Source: Armatimonadota bacterium (lineage in GTDB: Bacteria > Armatimonadota > HRBIN16). Taken from it: 64,000 nucleotides of DNA. The position numbers were made by a program, and so were the translations under genes. The number at the start of each line of letters is the position of its first letter. Position 1 is the first letter of the stretch. Under the pieces are notes generated by a model. That model was given only the letters and a program-made list of their open reading frames with translations. It was not told the DNA's origin and ran no database searches. Below are positions 47,567 to 58,168 of this stretch, in pieces. The stretch covers positions 4,224,001 to 4,288,000 of the forward strand of contig OY781964.1 of NCBI GenBank assembly GCA_963677485.1. The letters are read 5' to 3'.

Positions 47567-48430
47567 ATGTCAGTTTCTCGAAATTTGAAGTTGTTCGCCG
47601 GCTTGACAGCCGCAGTTGCCCTTTTTGCAGGCTGCGGCGGTGGCGACAACACTGCTCCGTTAGAACTTCGCCCAATTATCAGTGGTACCTCGGTACAGAA
47701 CGGTGCTGATCAAACTGCCGGTCCTATCGTTATTGGTGCCAATTATCAAGTGCCAAACTACGGAGTAGTGCAAGCACAGATGGGTGCTGCGGTTGACGAC
47801 TATGCTGTAACTACTAATAGTCTGCCGACTGGACCTTTAACCAATCCTCCGACTCTGAATCAGAAGGGTGTTGCCTTCATCCGCGCCACCCGCTTCTTCC
47901 AGGGCGGCTTGGTTGGCGACCCAGTAGATCCAGGGATGGACATCTATCTCATCAGCCAGGCTGATGCGCTAGCTCCTACCACCCTTGCTGGTAAGCTCAA
48001 CGGCAGGTCATACTCTCCGATCATCAGCGTTCCTGATGTGAGGAACATCGCAATCGCGCTACGCCCAGGATACTACGCTGCAGCTATGCGTAGTGTACCT
48101 TTCTATCCTGGTCTAGAGGCTGCACGTGGAATAGTCATTTTCCGCGTCTGCGAACAACCATTGATCATAGCGGGTGTTTCCACCTTCCCAACCCAGGTCA
48201 CAATGGCCCTGCCTGCCTACGGTCAGGTTATGGACCACACTTCGACAATAGAAATAGAAACCAACTCTGCAGCTAACGCTGTTCGTGCAGGCTTCTACAT
48301 GGTGCATGCCAACGGCGTCTCGCAGCCAAGCGAGAAGGGCTTTATTGGCGGCAAGTCTATAGTCAACGGTGTTGATGGCGGACCTGCACTCGGGAACCCG
48401 ATCTCTCTCATCACTTCTTGGTCACTGTAA
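47567..48430 (+). CDS. Hypothetical lipoprotein
   Basis: Signal peptide with lipobox FAGC-GGG; AAGGAGG RBS. Confidence 0.75.
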   Translation: MSVSRNLKLFAGLTAAVALFAGCGGGDNTAPLELRPIISGTSVQNGADQTAGPIVIGANYQVPNYGVVQAQMGAAVDDYAVTTNSLPTGPLTNPPTLNQKGVAFIRATRFFQGGLVGDPVDPGMDIYLISQADALAPTTLAGKLNGRSYSPIISVPDVRNIAIALRPGYYAAAMRSVPFYPGLEAARGIVIFRVCEQPLIIAGVSTFPTQVTMALPAYGQVMDHTSTIEIETNSAANAVRAGFYMVHANGVSQPSEKGFIGGKSIVNGVDGGPALGNPISLITSWSL

Positions 48431-48448
48431 GACTAAGGCCACTTAGAG

Positions 48449-49345
48449 ATGAAAACAGCTAGACTGATCAGTCTGCTGTGCGCATTAGGGACGGCCGCAA
48501 TTGCGGCCGCCCCTGTGTTTTCTCAGCCCTGGGGATCAAACGCGCAGAGCATTGACAACTCTTTTTCACCCGACTATTCGCTATTTTCCGCCAAAGCAGG
48601 GACCGTGGCCGCCGGTGGTGTCTACCGGGGTGCCGAACTGTCTGGGCGGGAACTGGTAATCCGAGAAACTTTCGTCTATGGAAATACAGCCGATGGCGTG
48701 GCTGGCTGGTACATGACGATGGACCAAGAAGCCATAGGTAAAACAAAGACCAACCGCTTTACCACCGACGCTAGTAAGTGGGGCATCGCCTACGGCAGAC
48801 CCCATAACTCATATGACGCATCCAATGTGGGAGTGTATTTCGAGCATACCGATGCTGGCGAAGGGACTCTTGTAAAAGATGCCAATCTACAGATACTGGC
48901 TAAAGTAAAAACTGATGCTTATGGCGTGTACACGGTTCGTAAACAGGGTGATATGACCTGGACATATACGGGACAGTATGCCGATGTCAAGGGTGGATCC
49001 GAAAGCGCAAAGGCCGTGACAGGCACCGCAATACTCGAAAAACCCTTAGGCAAAAGCCTCACCGCAAGGGCATCGTTAGGCCTTACCGGCCAGAGGATGC
49101 ACTCAAGCAACACCCTGAAGACTGTCATGAATGGTGCCCTCACATACCATCCTAATGACTGGTTCACGATGGAAATTGGCGGAACTCTGGCACCGAGCGG
49201 GCTTCCCGCTGCCGGATCTAACCTGTCTACCTTGAGCTGTTACAGTATCTATTTCCCGGATTCCGAAGGTTTAGTTGGCGACATGAAAGATAGCTCCGTT
49301 GCTGCCCTCACCTTCCGAGCAGTAATCAGCATCCCCGTAAAATAA
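48449..49345 (+). CDS. Exported beta-strand-rich protein, possible outer-membrane barrel
   Basis: Signal peptide; alternating hydrophobic strands; probably co-transcribed with the lipoprotein. Confidence 0.6.
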   Translation: MKTARLISLLCALGTAAIAAAPVFSQPWGSNAQSIDNSFSPDYSLFSAKAGTVAAGGVYRGAELSGRELVIRETFVYGNTADGVAGWYMTMDQEAIGKTKTNRFTTDASKWGIAYGRPHNSYDASNVGVYFEHTDAGEGTLVKDANLQILAKVKTDAYGVYTVRKQGDMTWTYTGQYADVKGGSESAKAVTGTAILEKPLGKSLTARASLGLTGQRMHSSNTLKTVMNGALTYHPNDWFTMEIGGTLAPSGLPAAGSNLSTLSCYSIYFPDSEGLVGDMKDSSVAALTFRAVISIPVK

Positions 49346-49362
49346 GTTTGAATTGCATTAAT

Positions 49363-49400
49363 CAAAGGGCCGTCACGTATTTGTGACGGCCCTTTGTTGT
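49363..49400 (+). terminator. Intrinsic terminator
   Basis: 14-bp stem caaagggccgtcac/gtgacggccctttg followed by a T-rich tail. Confidence 0.8.
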
Positions 49401-49441
49401 TATAATATTCGATAGAACTAAATGCACTGGGAGTAGCCGGC

Positions 49442-50515
49442 ATGATACTGGAATCCAAACCGAACTGGGAAGAAGCGAAGCAGCAATGGAGTGCGTGGTG
49501 GAACTGCGAAGCAGACCGGGAGCCGATGTTTATAGTCGTAGCTCCAAATCCAGATCCCAAGAACCAGGAAGCTTTACCTCAAGTCGATGCGTATAATGCA
49601 TGGACAAACGCTGAGTATCTTGTTAAGTCTGCCGCATATCGTTCAAATGTTTTATCATACATGGAACAAGGCTTTCCTTGGGCAAGTGCATCGCTAGGAC
49701 CTGGATCACTAAACACAATCCTAGGAACTGAACCCCATTTTGACGCTAACACCGTTTGGTATGATCCCTGCTGGACGAGCATTGACCAAGCCAATATCGA
49801 GCTGGATCCGAATAATATCTGGTACAAGTGGTCTCTCGAGACCACAAAGACTCTAGTAGATGCTGGTAAGGGCAAGTGGCTGGTCGGTATTCCTGACTTG
49901 ATGGAAAATATCGATGTCATCAGTGCTATGAGAGGGAATATGGAGCTTTTACTTGATCTGGTTGATGAACCAGAGCACATACATCGGCTGCAAAGACAGT
50001 TGCTGCAGGTATGGAAACAGGTTTATGATGCTATTTATGATCTCGTGAAGGATGAACAGGGTGGAAGCTCATTCTATGCCTTCGATATATGGGCTCCCGG
50101 CCGCATTCTCAAAGCTCAATGTGACTTCAGTGCCATGATCGGTAAGCCGATGTTTGACGAGTTCGTGATGCCATATCTGGTGGAGCAGCTGGAGATGGTT
50201 GACTATTCTATGTATCATCTTGATGGGCCGGATGCGATCAAGCATCTAGACAGCGTATTAAGCCTCGAGCGGTTACGTTGTTTGCAGTGGGTGGCAGGAG
50301 CTGGTCAGCCTGAGCTGCCTGATCCTGTGTGGGACAACATATATCGCAAGACGCTAGATGCAGGTAAGGCTCTTCACATCAACTTGCCATCCAGTGAGAC
50401 GGTGAACTTCGCAAAGCGGTGGGGTACCAAGGACCTGCTGATGATTACGTTCTGTCACAGTCATGAAGAAGCTACGCGTTTGATTGGCGAATTACGAGGC
50501 CTGAAGTTTAGCTAA
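49442..50515 (+). CDS. URO-D-superfamily (methyltransferase-like TIM barrel) protein
   Basis: SLGPGSL, MRG..ELLLDL.DEPE, QCDFSAMI..MFDEFV.P, YHLDG and QWVAGAG motifs. Confidence 0.75.
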   Translation: MILESKPNWEEAKQQWSAWWNCEADREPMFIVVAPNPDPKNQEALPQVDAYNAWTNAEYLVKSAAYRSNVLSYMEQGFPWASASLGPGSLNTILGTEPHFDANTVWYDPCWTSIDQANIELDPNNIWYKWSLETTKTLVDAGKGKWLVGIPDLMENIDVISAMRGNMELLLDLVDEPEHIHRLQRQLLQVWKQVYDAIYDLVKDEQGGSSFYAFDIWAPGRILKAQCDFSAMIGKPMFDEFVMPYLVEQLEMVDYSMYHLDGPDAIKHLDSVLSLERLRCLQWVAGAGQPELPDPVWDNIYRKTLDAGKALHINLPSSETVNFAKRWGTKDLLMITFCHSHEEATRLIGELRGLKFS

Positions 50516-50542
50516 AGGCTTGGCTGCTTTAATGAAATGCAA

Positions 50543-50569
50543 TCGGGCGGATCGGACTGATCCGCCCGA
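50543..50569. terminator. Hairpin between convergent genes
   Basis: tcgggcggatc/gatccgcccga stem. Confidence 0.55.
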
Positions 50570-50585
50570 CCCGTCCGATCTGGTG

Positions 50586-51746
50586 TTACTTACTTAACTT
50601 CTTCAGATAGCTCTGCATGTTTTGGTTGATTTCTGTAATTTCATTGTATATCGAGCCCGATCCCATTTTGGCATGCCATAGGTCAGGCTGCTCCAAGCAG
50701 TCGTAAGTCCAGTAGCAGGCTCCACAGAACCCGTCCGCGATCATACTGAGCAGATACCAGCGTATTGCCCCTGCAGCTTCCGCCTCCGTGTGATGCACCG
50801 TGGTGAAGGTGCCGAATTCCCCTGAAAACACAGGCTTTTTGTTACGCCTGCAGATGGGCAGCAGTTTCGGCCATTCACAGCACGCTTTATCTTCCGCATA
50901 TGCTTGAGGAGCAGGACCGTAGCAGTGGATATCAACGTATGACAGGTTGGATTGCGCTAATGCTAAAGGTCGGAACGGCACGCGCGGATCAGGTGCTTTG
51001 TCACTCCACATCTTGGCGATACGTGTACGGGCCACGGCACGCAGTGTGAACACGCTGAGTGATGTTTGCGCCCCTGGTGAAAGCTTGCGCACATGCGCAC
51101 TCAACTCGTTGCTATACTTAATGATCGCCTTGTCCAGCAGTTGCTGGCATTCATATGGGTTCGCCAAGTCCCAGGGTTTGTTGTTCCAAGTGATGATGCC
51201 TTGCGTGATGAAGGGCTTCAAGCTCATCTCAATGACAGCCTCGTTCTCAAACTCCCAGGAAAATACGGACTTCGGGAATGCCGGGTCCAGCTTACATAGC
51301 CCGGTGATCAGGCTGGTCAGGTACGCCTTCTTTGCCTCAATGTAACTCTTCTCAAAGAAGAACCGTGAGGTTCCTTCGAAAACGCCAGTTGCTTTCGCCG
51401 CTATGCTTTGGTAACGCTGGATGCCTGGGAAATAGTCCGCCACAATGATGATGTAGATTCCGTGCAGTCGGCATCTTTTAGCGAAATCCACCATGTTCTT
51501 TAGGAACGCGACGTTCAGCTTGTTGCCATCTGTTAGTTGCACGTTACCCAGGAATACCCGGACGATGTTGAACTTCGCGCGCATCATGTCATCCAGCATC
51601 GCTTCGACATGCTTAGGATCGTAGCTGCTTGGGGCAAATACGGTGTGGGCACCATTGGGCAGCAACCTTATATATTGAAACCCCATCGGCCGGAACTCCT
51701 TGCCGGTGCTCTGATTCATGAATCCATCTGCTGTGGGAATAAACAC
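50586..51746 (-). CDS. Clan GH-A (GH5-like) glycoside hydrolase
   Basis: FNIVRVF, SWEFENE (acid/base), DIHCY and PVFSGEFG (nucleophile). Confidence 0.8.
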   Translation of the reverse strand: MFIPTADGFMNQSTGKEFRPMGFQYIRLLPNGAHTVFAPSSYDPKHVEAMLDDMMRAKFNIVRVFLGNVQLTDGNKLNVAFLKNMVDFAKRCRLHGIYIIIVADYFPGIQRYQSIAAKATGVFEGTSRFFFEKSYIEAKKAYLTSLITGLCKLDPAFPKSVFSWEFENEAVIEMSLKPFITQGIITWNNKPWDLANPYECQQLLDKAIIKYSNELSAHVRKLSPGAQTSLSVFTLRAVARTRIAKMWSDKAPDPRVPFRPLALAQSNLSYVDIHCYGPAPQAYAEDKACCEWPKLLPICRRNKKPVFSGEFGTFTTVHHTEAEAAGAIRWYLLSMIADGFCGACYWTYDCLEQPDLWHAKMGSGSIYNEITEINQNMQSYLKKLSK

Positions 51747-51757
51747 TGTAATACCCT

Positions 51758-52687
51758 CTAGGACTGTTCCATCAACCAGCGTTCAGCATCAATGGCTGCC
51801 ATACAACCAGAGCCGGCCGCGGTGATAGCTTGACGATAGACATGATCTTGAACATCGCCGGCTGCAAACACACCTGGTATGCTGGTATAACTGCTTCCTG
51901 GTCTGGTGACGATGTATCCCTCAGGATTCAATTCCAGTTGTCCCGCAATCACCTCGGTATTCGGTTTATGCCCGATGGCAAGGAAGACGCCGCCGATATC
52001 GCGCTGCCTGAGTTCTCCGGTGACCGTATTGCGTAGAGTGACACCAGTGACTTTCCCTGCTGTGACATCGTGTATTTCATCAATCACAGAGTTCCATTCA
52101 AATTCGATCTTTGGATTTTCCAAGGCGCGTTTCTGCATGATCTTACTGGCGCGTAGACTGTCACGACGGTGAACAACCACAACCTTAGTGGCAAATCGCG
52201 TCAGGAAGATGGCCTCTTCCATGGCTGTATCACCGCCACCGATCACCATGACCTCTTTACCGCGGAAGAAAAAGCCATCGCATGTGGCACAGGCGGAAAC
52301 GCCTCGTCCACGGAGGGCGGTCTCGCTTTCAATATCCATCCAACGAGCAGAGGCGCCACTAGCGATGATCACGCTTTCCGTTAAGTATTCTGTGCCCATA
52401 CTATCTGTCAAAGTGAATGGGCGCTTGCTAAGATCAGCTTTCACAATCGTGTCGCCGATCACCTCGGTACCAAAACGTTCTGACTGCTGCTTGAAATAGC
52501 CCATCATCTCCGACCCAGACAAAGGTTCGGGATACCCTGGGTAGTTCTCAATATCGGTGGTGATGGTAAGCTGCCCACCTGGTTGTGTGCCTTCAAAAAG
52601 TATTGGACTCAGGGTCGCACGAGCGGTGTAGATGGCGGCTGTGTATCCTGCAGGACCAGCGCCAATGATGGCCACTTTGTGAATCAT
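51758..52687 (-). CDS. trxB: Thioredoxin reductase
   Basis: [34 protein letters not shown] and FAAGDV motifs. Confidence 0.98.
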   Translation of the reverse strand: MIHKVAIIGAGPAGYTAAIYTARATLSPILFEGTQPGGQLTITTDIENYPGYPEPLSGSEMMGYFKQQSERFGTEVIGDTIVKADLSKRPFTLTDSMGTEYLTESVIIASGASARWMDIESETALRGRGVSACATCDGFFFRGKEVMVIGGGDTAMEEAIFLTRFATKVVVVHRRDSLRASKIMQKRALENPKIEFEWNSVIDEIHDVTAGKVTGVTLRNTVTGELRQRDIGGVFLAIGHKPNTEVIAGQLELNPEGYIVTRPGSSYTSIPGVFAAGDVQDHVYRQAITAAGSGCMAAIDAERWLMEQS

Positions 52688-52744
52688 TCTAAATGTTCCT
52701 CCGGAACTCGATTAATGTTGTTTTGATCCTGGTCGTTTGGGTAT

Positions 52745-53167
52745 CTAGGTTTCCTTCAGGTGACAATTCATATTGGGGCACTTGCGCACTCTGCGTGTAA
52801 AGTCGATCAGCCGTTCTATGATGTCGGTTGGCACGGCATGCTCCATTTTGCACGCCGCTGGCTCCGCTTGATCTGGAGCGACATCAAGTACATTCATTAG
52901 GAAGTCACGCAATGCTTCGTGCCTGTGGATAACATCTGAAACCACACGGTGACCCTGCGCAGTGAGTGTGATCACATCATATGGTACATAGTTAATCAAT
53001 TCTTTTTCGGCCAGGAGCTTCAAGGCTGCCGTCACCGATGGTGGGGCAACACTCAACCTCGCACCAATATCTCGCGCGCGGGCAGCTCCCTTTTCCTTAG
53101 CCACATGGTAGATAACCTCCAGGTAGTCTTCCAGACTGGCCGAAAGCTTGGCAGATTTTAACGCCAT
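52745..53167 (-). CDS. DtxR/MntR family metal-dependent regulator
   Basis: SLEDYLE, V.PPSVT.AL, RHE.L..FL and ACKMEH motifs; GGGAG RBS. Confidence 0.92.
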   Translation of the reverse strand: MALKSAKLSASLEDYLEVIYHVAKEKGAARARDIGARLSVAPPSVTAALKLLAEKELINYVPYDVITLTAQGHRVVSDVIHRHEALRDFLMNVLDVAPDQAEPAACKMEHAVPTDIIERLIDFTRRVRKCPNMNCHLKET

Positions 53168-53417
53168 AGTCATCTCCCTAATATATTTCGTCAACACTAA
53201 TATCTTTCGCCTCTTTTCCCGATTTGTCAACAAATACGGAATGGCCAATTCCTATGTCGTGTTAAATAGGAAGAAGAGCAATACAATTGTGAGGTTTGCT
53301 TGAATAGAGTGTGGAAGCTCTGTAAAATGTCGAAGGTGCGTAGTGCTTATCACCCTTGAGCGCACTTGACTATGTAAACCATAAGGAGAATTACACCGCA
53401 TTTACGGTGTTGTATAA

Positions 53418-54347
53418 ATGAAACACGTCATTGCGATTCTGAGCGTACTAATGGTAGTGGTGAGCAGCCTGATGGCAGCACCGGTACCCACCAAACTGAC
53501 CGGGCAACTCAACATGTCTGGAGCCTGGGCGATCTATCCGCTTGCTCAAAAATGGGGAGAGACGTTCCAGAAGCTCCACCCAGATGTGAAGCTGAATATC
53601 TCTGCAGGGGGAGCCGGCAAGGGGATGGCTGATGTGCTGTCTGGTGCCGTTGATATCGGCATGGTATCGCGCGAGATCGACCCCAGCGAGCGAGCACGGG
53701 GAGCCAAACCAATTATGGTTGCGAAAGACGGCGTGTTTGCCATCATCAGTTCGAAAAATCCAGTGCGTGCGAAAATACTTCGCGCTGGTATCAGCCGTCA
53801 GAAGCTCGCCGAGATGTTCATCTCTCAGAAGGTGAACAACTGGAAGCAACTTGGCGGGCCTGATGTGCCGGTTCATGTCTACACACGATCGGATGCCTGC
53901 GGAGCCGGCTCAGCATGGGCCGCGACCCTTGGTAAATACAAGCAAGATCAGATCAAAGGCATAGGTATATACAGCGATCCCAGTGTGATTGACGCCGTGA
54001 AGAAGGATGTTCTGGGTATCGGATATTGCAACCTGGGATTCGTGTTCACTAAAAAGGGCATTGAGAAGGGGATCTACCTGGTGCCAATTGATGCTAATGG
54101 GAACGGTAAAGCTGATCCCGCTGAGTTCATCGATACCCGTGAGCGTGCATATCATGGTGTGGCCACAGGCAAATACCCCGGTGCCAGGCGTGAGTTTTTG
54201 GTCACCAAAGGTAAGCCAAATGCGATCGCCGCAGCTTTCATCAGCTTCGCCCTGAGCGAACAGGGAACGAAAATAATGAAAGAAATCGGTGGATTTGTGC
54301 CTGTGACACCAATCGAGCGAACTGCTCAGTTGAAGGGCATGAAATAG
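53418..54347 (+). CDS. pstS: Phosphate ABC transporter substrate-binding protein
   Basis: Signal peptide; SGAWAIYPL, GGAGKG and DIGMVSR motifs; precedes pstCAB. Confidence 0.9.
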   Translation: MKHVIAILSVLMVVVSSLMAAPVPTKLTGQLNMSGAWAIYPLAQKWGETFQKLHPDVKLNISAGGAGKGMADVLSGAVDIGMVSREIDPSERARGAKPIMVAKDGVFAIISSKNPVRAKILRAGISRQKLAEMFISQKVNNWKQLGGPDVPVHVYTRSDACGAGSAWAATLGKYKQDQIKGIGIYSDPSVIDAVKKDVLGIGYCNLGFVFTKKGIEKGIYLVPIDANGNGKADPAEFIDTRERAYHGVATGKYPGARREFLVTKGKPNAIAAAFISFALSEQGTKIMKEIGGFVPVTPIERTAQLKGMK

Positions 54348-54384
54348 CCATCGTTGAGTTGATCGAGCTATCACGGACATTATA

Positions 54385-55323
54385 ATGTCACATATGAAAC
54401 TGCACCGCAAGCTGTATGAGTTCGTGGCTGGTAAGCTGATGTTGCTGACCAGCCTGTTCTCTGCATCGGTCGTCATATTGATCGGGGCTGCGCTCTACCT
54501 AAGGGCACGTCCGTTATTAGCGGTCAAGAGCTGGCAGCAGCTACTGCTAAGCCGTGAATGGCAACCTTCCGCTGGATTGTTTGGCTTCCGTCCGTTTATC
54601 GAAGGCACCTTCTGGGTGACCGGGCTGGCGGTCATCATCGCAGTGCCTGTTTGCCTCATGGCCGCTGTTTACCTCTCTGAATATGCGTCGCCCCGTATCA
54701 GGGTGATTGTGAAGCCGATGATAGACATACTGGCGGGGATACCGTCGGTGGTTTATGGCGTGTGGGGTGTGTTGGTGGTGGTCCCATTCGTTGCGAATGT
54801 GCTGGCCCCTTATGCTTCACGACATTGGCACGCTATCTCATTTCTGTCCGCGGAATATAGCACAGGCTTTAGCATCTTCTCCGGCGGTGTGGTTCTAGCG
54901 GTGATGATAAGCCCGGTGATCGTATCGGTGGCCGCGGAGGTGCTTCATGCGGTACCGATGGCATATCGGGCCGCTTCGTATGCTGTGGGGGCCACCAGGT
55001 ATGAGACGATCACCCGAGTGGTGATGCGTAAAGCGCTGCCCGGTTTGGTGGCCGCGGTGGTTCTGGGCACATCGCGTGCACTCGGCGAAACGATGGCGGT
55101 GCTGATGGTGGTGGGGAACGTACCTCAGATCGCCAAGTCGATATTCGATCCCGCCTATCCGCTCCCCGCTTTGATAGCGAATAACTATGGCGAGATGATG
55201 TCTATCCCGCTGTATGATTCGGCTTTGCTGGCGGCAGCTTTGCTCCTATTCGGCATCATCTTGATTTTCAATATCCTGGCCCAACTGGCGTTAATGCAAG
55301 CGGTGAGGAGGTCCACACGGTGA
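54385..55323 (+). CDS. pstC: Phosphate ABC transporter permease PstC
   Basis: LAGIPSVVYG and SRALGETMAV motifs. Confidence 0.95.
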   Translation: MSHMKLHRKLYEFVAGKLMLLTSLFSASVVILIGAALYLRARPLLAVKSWQQLLLSREWQPSAGLFGFRPFIEGTFWVTGLAVIIAVPVCLMAAVYLSEYASPRIRVIVKPMIDILAGIPSVVYGVWGVLVVVPFVANVLAPYASRHWHAISFLSAEYSTGFSIFSGGVVLAVMISPVIVSVAAEVLHAVPMAYRAASYAVGATRYETITRVVMRKALPGLVAAVVLGTSRALGETMAVLMVVGNVPQIAKSIFDPAYPLPALIANNYGEMMSIPLYDSALLAAALLLFGIILIFNILAQLALMQAVRRSTR

Positions 55324-56168
55324 AGATGCGGAAACTGCGTGACAGTCTATTTACCTTTGCCGCTGTATCAGCCGTTATTTTGATTTTGGCCTGTCTGACG
55401 ACCATACTTGGCACCATAATCAGCAAAGGTATCGGAGCGATCAACTGGCAGATACTCACGCAGGAGCCTAAGGGCAGCTTCTATACGGGTGGTGCAGGCG
55501 GGATCGCCAATGCGATCGTCGGCTCGTTGTATATCGGCTTTGGAGCCACCACACTGGCCTTGCTTGCAGGTTTGCCATGCGTTCTGTATCTGCGTTGCTG
55601 GGCACATGGCACCCGGCTGGCGGCTGTGATACGTGGTCTGATGGACGTGTTGTGGGGCATCCCATCGATCGTATTTGGTGCTTTCGGCTTCACCATCATG
55701 ATATGGCTGGGGATACGGGCATCCCTGCTGGCGGGTATCATCACCGTGGCCTTGTTTGAGCTGCCCATCATCATACGGTCAATAGATGAAGTGGTGCGCA
55801 TGATCCCCCGCGAGCTTGACGAAACAGCGTATGCGCTGGGATCGACACGCTTTGAAACTGCCCGTAAGGTGATCATGAAGCAGGCCCTTCCGGGCATCGT
55901 GCTGGGCACGCTGCTGGCCTTTGGACGGGGGATTGGCGATGCCGCCTCTGTCTTGTTTACGGCGGGATATACCGACCACATCCCAAGCTCAATCATGGAT
56001 CCCACAGCGACGCTGCCTCTGGCCATCTTCTTTCAGTTGGGCACTCCGTTTGAAGAGGTGCACCAACGGGCCTACGCTGCTGCGTTGATACTGGTCGTGA
56101 TGGTACTGACGGTGAGTGTGGTATCGCGGCTAATCAGTGCCCGATTGAATAGATACTCAGTGAAGTAG
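55320..56168 (+). CDS. pstA: Phosphate ABC transporter permease PstA
   Basis: GGIANAIVGS, GIPSIVFG and GRGIGDAA motifs. Confidence 0.93.
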   Translation: MKMRKLRDSLFTFAAVSAVILILACLTTILGTIISKGIGAINWQILTQEPKGSFYTGGAGGIANAIVGSLYIGFGATTLALLAGLPCVLYLRCWAHGTRLAAVIRGLMDVLWGIPSIVFGAFGFTIMIWLGIRASLLAGIITVALFELPIIIRSIDEVVRMIPRELDETAYALGSTRFETARKVIMKQALPGIVLGTLLAFGRGIGDAASVLFTAGYTDHIPSSIMDPTATLPLAIFFQLGTPFEEVHQRAYAAALILVVMVLTVSVVSRLISARLNRYSVK

Positions 56169-56176
56169 GGATTAAT

Positions 56177-56935
56177 ATGACCACGGCACACATACAAGTT
56201 GAACATCTGAACCTGACATACCAGGAACACCCTGGGCTAAAGGATATCATTGTCGCCTTTCCGCGTAACGAGGTCACTGCGATCATTGGCCCCTCGGGAT
56301 GCGGTAAGACCAGCCTGCTGCGCTGCCTCAACCGGATGATCGATCTGGTGCCAGGTGCGGTGGTCACCGGTAAAGTGCTGGTGGGTGATATGGACATCTA
56401 CGCCAAAGGGGTGGACGTCACTGCGGTGCGCAAGAGGGTAGGGCTCATCGCCCAGAAGCCCACGGTATTGCCGATGTCTATCTTTGAGAACGTGGCCTAC
56501 GGACCGCGAATCTACGGTTATGAGAGCCGGAAGAAGCTGCATGATACGGTTGAGCGGTGTCTGGTTATGACCGGGCTTTGGGATGAAGTGAAGCATCGGT
56601 TGAAGGATCCGGCCGGTCGGTTGTCTATTGGTCAGCAGCAGCGCTTATGCCTGGCTCGCGGGCTGGCTGTGGAGCCGGAAGTGCTCTGCTTTGATGAACC
56701 CACCTCGGCACTAGACCCGCTGTCCGCACAATGGATCGAACGCGAGATACTCAGCCTGAAGCAAGGGTATACCGTCGTGGTCGTGACGCATAACCTTCAA
56801 CAGGCGATGCGTATTGCCGACAACGTGATATTTATGCGGTTGGGTGAGGTCGTGGAGGCCGGCAGCGCTGATGAGGTGTTAGGTTCACCAAAGCATGAGT
56901 TCACCAAAGCCTACATCAACGGGATCGAAGAGTAG
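56177..56935 (+). CDS. pstB: Phosphate ABC transporter ATPase PstB
   Basis: GPSGCGKT..CLNRM, PMSIFENVAYG, LSIGQQQRLC and DEPTSALDP motifs. Confidence 0.96.
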   Translation: MTTAHIQVEHLNLTYQEHPGLKDIIVAFPRNEVTAIIGPSGCGKTSLLRCLNRMIDLVPGAVVTGKVLVGDMDIYAKGVDVTAVRKRVGLIAQKPTVLPMSIFENVAYGPRIYGYESRKKLHDTVERCLVMTGLWDEVKHRLKDPAGRLSIGQQQRLCLARGLAVEPEVLCFDEPTSALDPLSAQWIEREILSLKQGYTVVVVTHNLQQAMRIADNVIFMRLGEVVEAGSADEVLGSPKHEFTKAYINGIEE

Positions 56936-57201
56936 GGGCCGTTAACATATACTGGTCTATTCGGATAGTGGGTACATATTGCATATGATACATGACGGCT
57001 ACATTGCTCATCCGCTTTTACGGTAATATCAAATCGACACCTCCATAACATCTCACTTCCAATTCCCTGTAAAGCCGCTTCTGATCAATGTCCAGAAATA
57101 CGTTGCATGTTTTATGCTACAATAAGTTCACTATGTAAATACGGCGATTATCCAAAATCGGCTAATTGCTGCGTTTGTGAACCCATTGACCGGGAGGGTT
57201 T

Positions 57202-58143
57202 ATGATGATGAAACAAAACCGTCGAACTAAAATTCTGAAGGGTATCGGCATACTATTGGTGTTGCTTATACTCAATGGCTTTCGGCTGCACAGGATGCAG
57301 CAGTATCCGGTCATGTCGGTAAAAGATGTCTCATCGGAACTCACCGGAGACGCGTATTTCCATACATCCGATGGGCTTCTGAACTTCAAGACCGGTAAGA
57401 CATATTCAATGAACAAGTATGGCCCGATAGTGTGGGATGCCAGGCAAGAGCGTGTATTAGTCGGCGAAGACTGGATTGATGATAAATCTGGCAATAGTAG
57501 ACCGATGATTCGGCTGATGACTGGTGACCGTGATGACTGGCTCCTTGAATACCGCAAGTATGATTTCGCTTCGAGCCCGCGTAGGTGGAGTTGTGACACT
57601 ACAAAACGATATGTTATAGCGTCACCATATCTGCTAGATTTGAAGTCGCGACAGATTACTAGGCCGCTCATGCCAGGTACAAAGGCAGGTGCTTCCAGCA
57701 TCGGGGAGTGTTTTTGGTTCTGTAATGGCAAAGGACTGGCTCTGTGGAATGCCCGGACCAAACAGGTTCAAGATACCATCCCGATACCCAATCTGACCTC
57801 GCAGGTGCCTTGGAGAGTGGGCAGTTTCGCGGTGTCTCCATACGGAAAATATGCTGTGGTTCCTGTCAGCACTATCGACTTTCCATTTATAGAACCAATT
57901 GGGCTCGTTTTCGCGGTAGTCAACCTGCAAACTAAAAGTATAAGCACACGTAAACTCTACAACTTCTTTGTATGGGGTAATCCTGTCGGTACCTATTTTG
58001 CTGATGATGAGCATGTGATTTTGAACCCAGGCGGTTCGTATTTTCTTATGCGGGTGACAGATGGCAAGACCTGGGTTATCAAAAAAGCATTGAACCGGCT
58101 TCAATACCACATCAACACGGTTGGTAAGTCACCAGATCAGTAA
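57202..58143 (+). CDS. Hypothetical membrane-anchored protein, possibly a beta-propeller
   Basis: N-terminal TM; LALWNART and FAVSPYGKYAV strands; GGAGG RBS. Confidence 0.6.
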   Translation: MMMKQNRRTKILKGIGILLVLLILNGFRLHRMQQYPVMSVKDVSSELTGDAYFHTSDGLLNFKTGKTYSMNKYGPIVWDARQERVLVGEDWIDDKSGNSRPMIRLMTGDRDDWLLEYRKYDFASSPRRWSCDTTKRYVIASPYLLDLKSRQITRPLMPGTKAGASSIGECFWFCNGKGLALWNARTKQVQDTIPIPNLTSQVPWRVGSFAVSPYGKYAVVPVSTIDFPFIEPIGLVFAVVNLQTKSISTRKLYNFFVWGNPVGTYFADDEHVILNPGGSYFLMRVTDGKTWVIKKALNRLQYHINTVGKSPDQ

Positions 58144-58168
58144 TATGCGACGATGGCCGGGTCTACTA

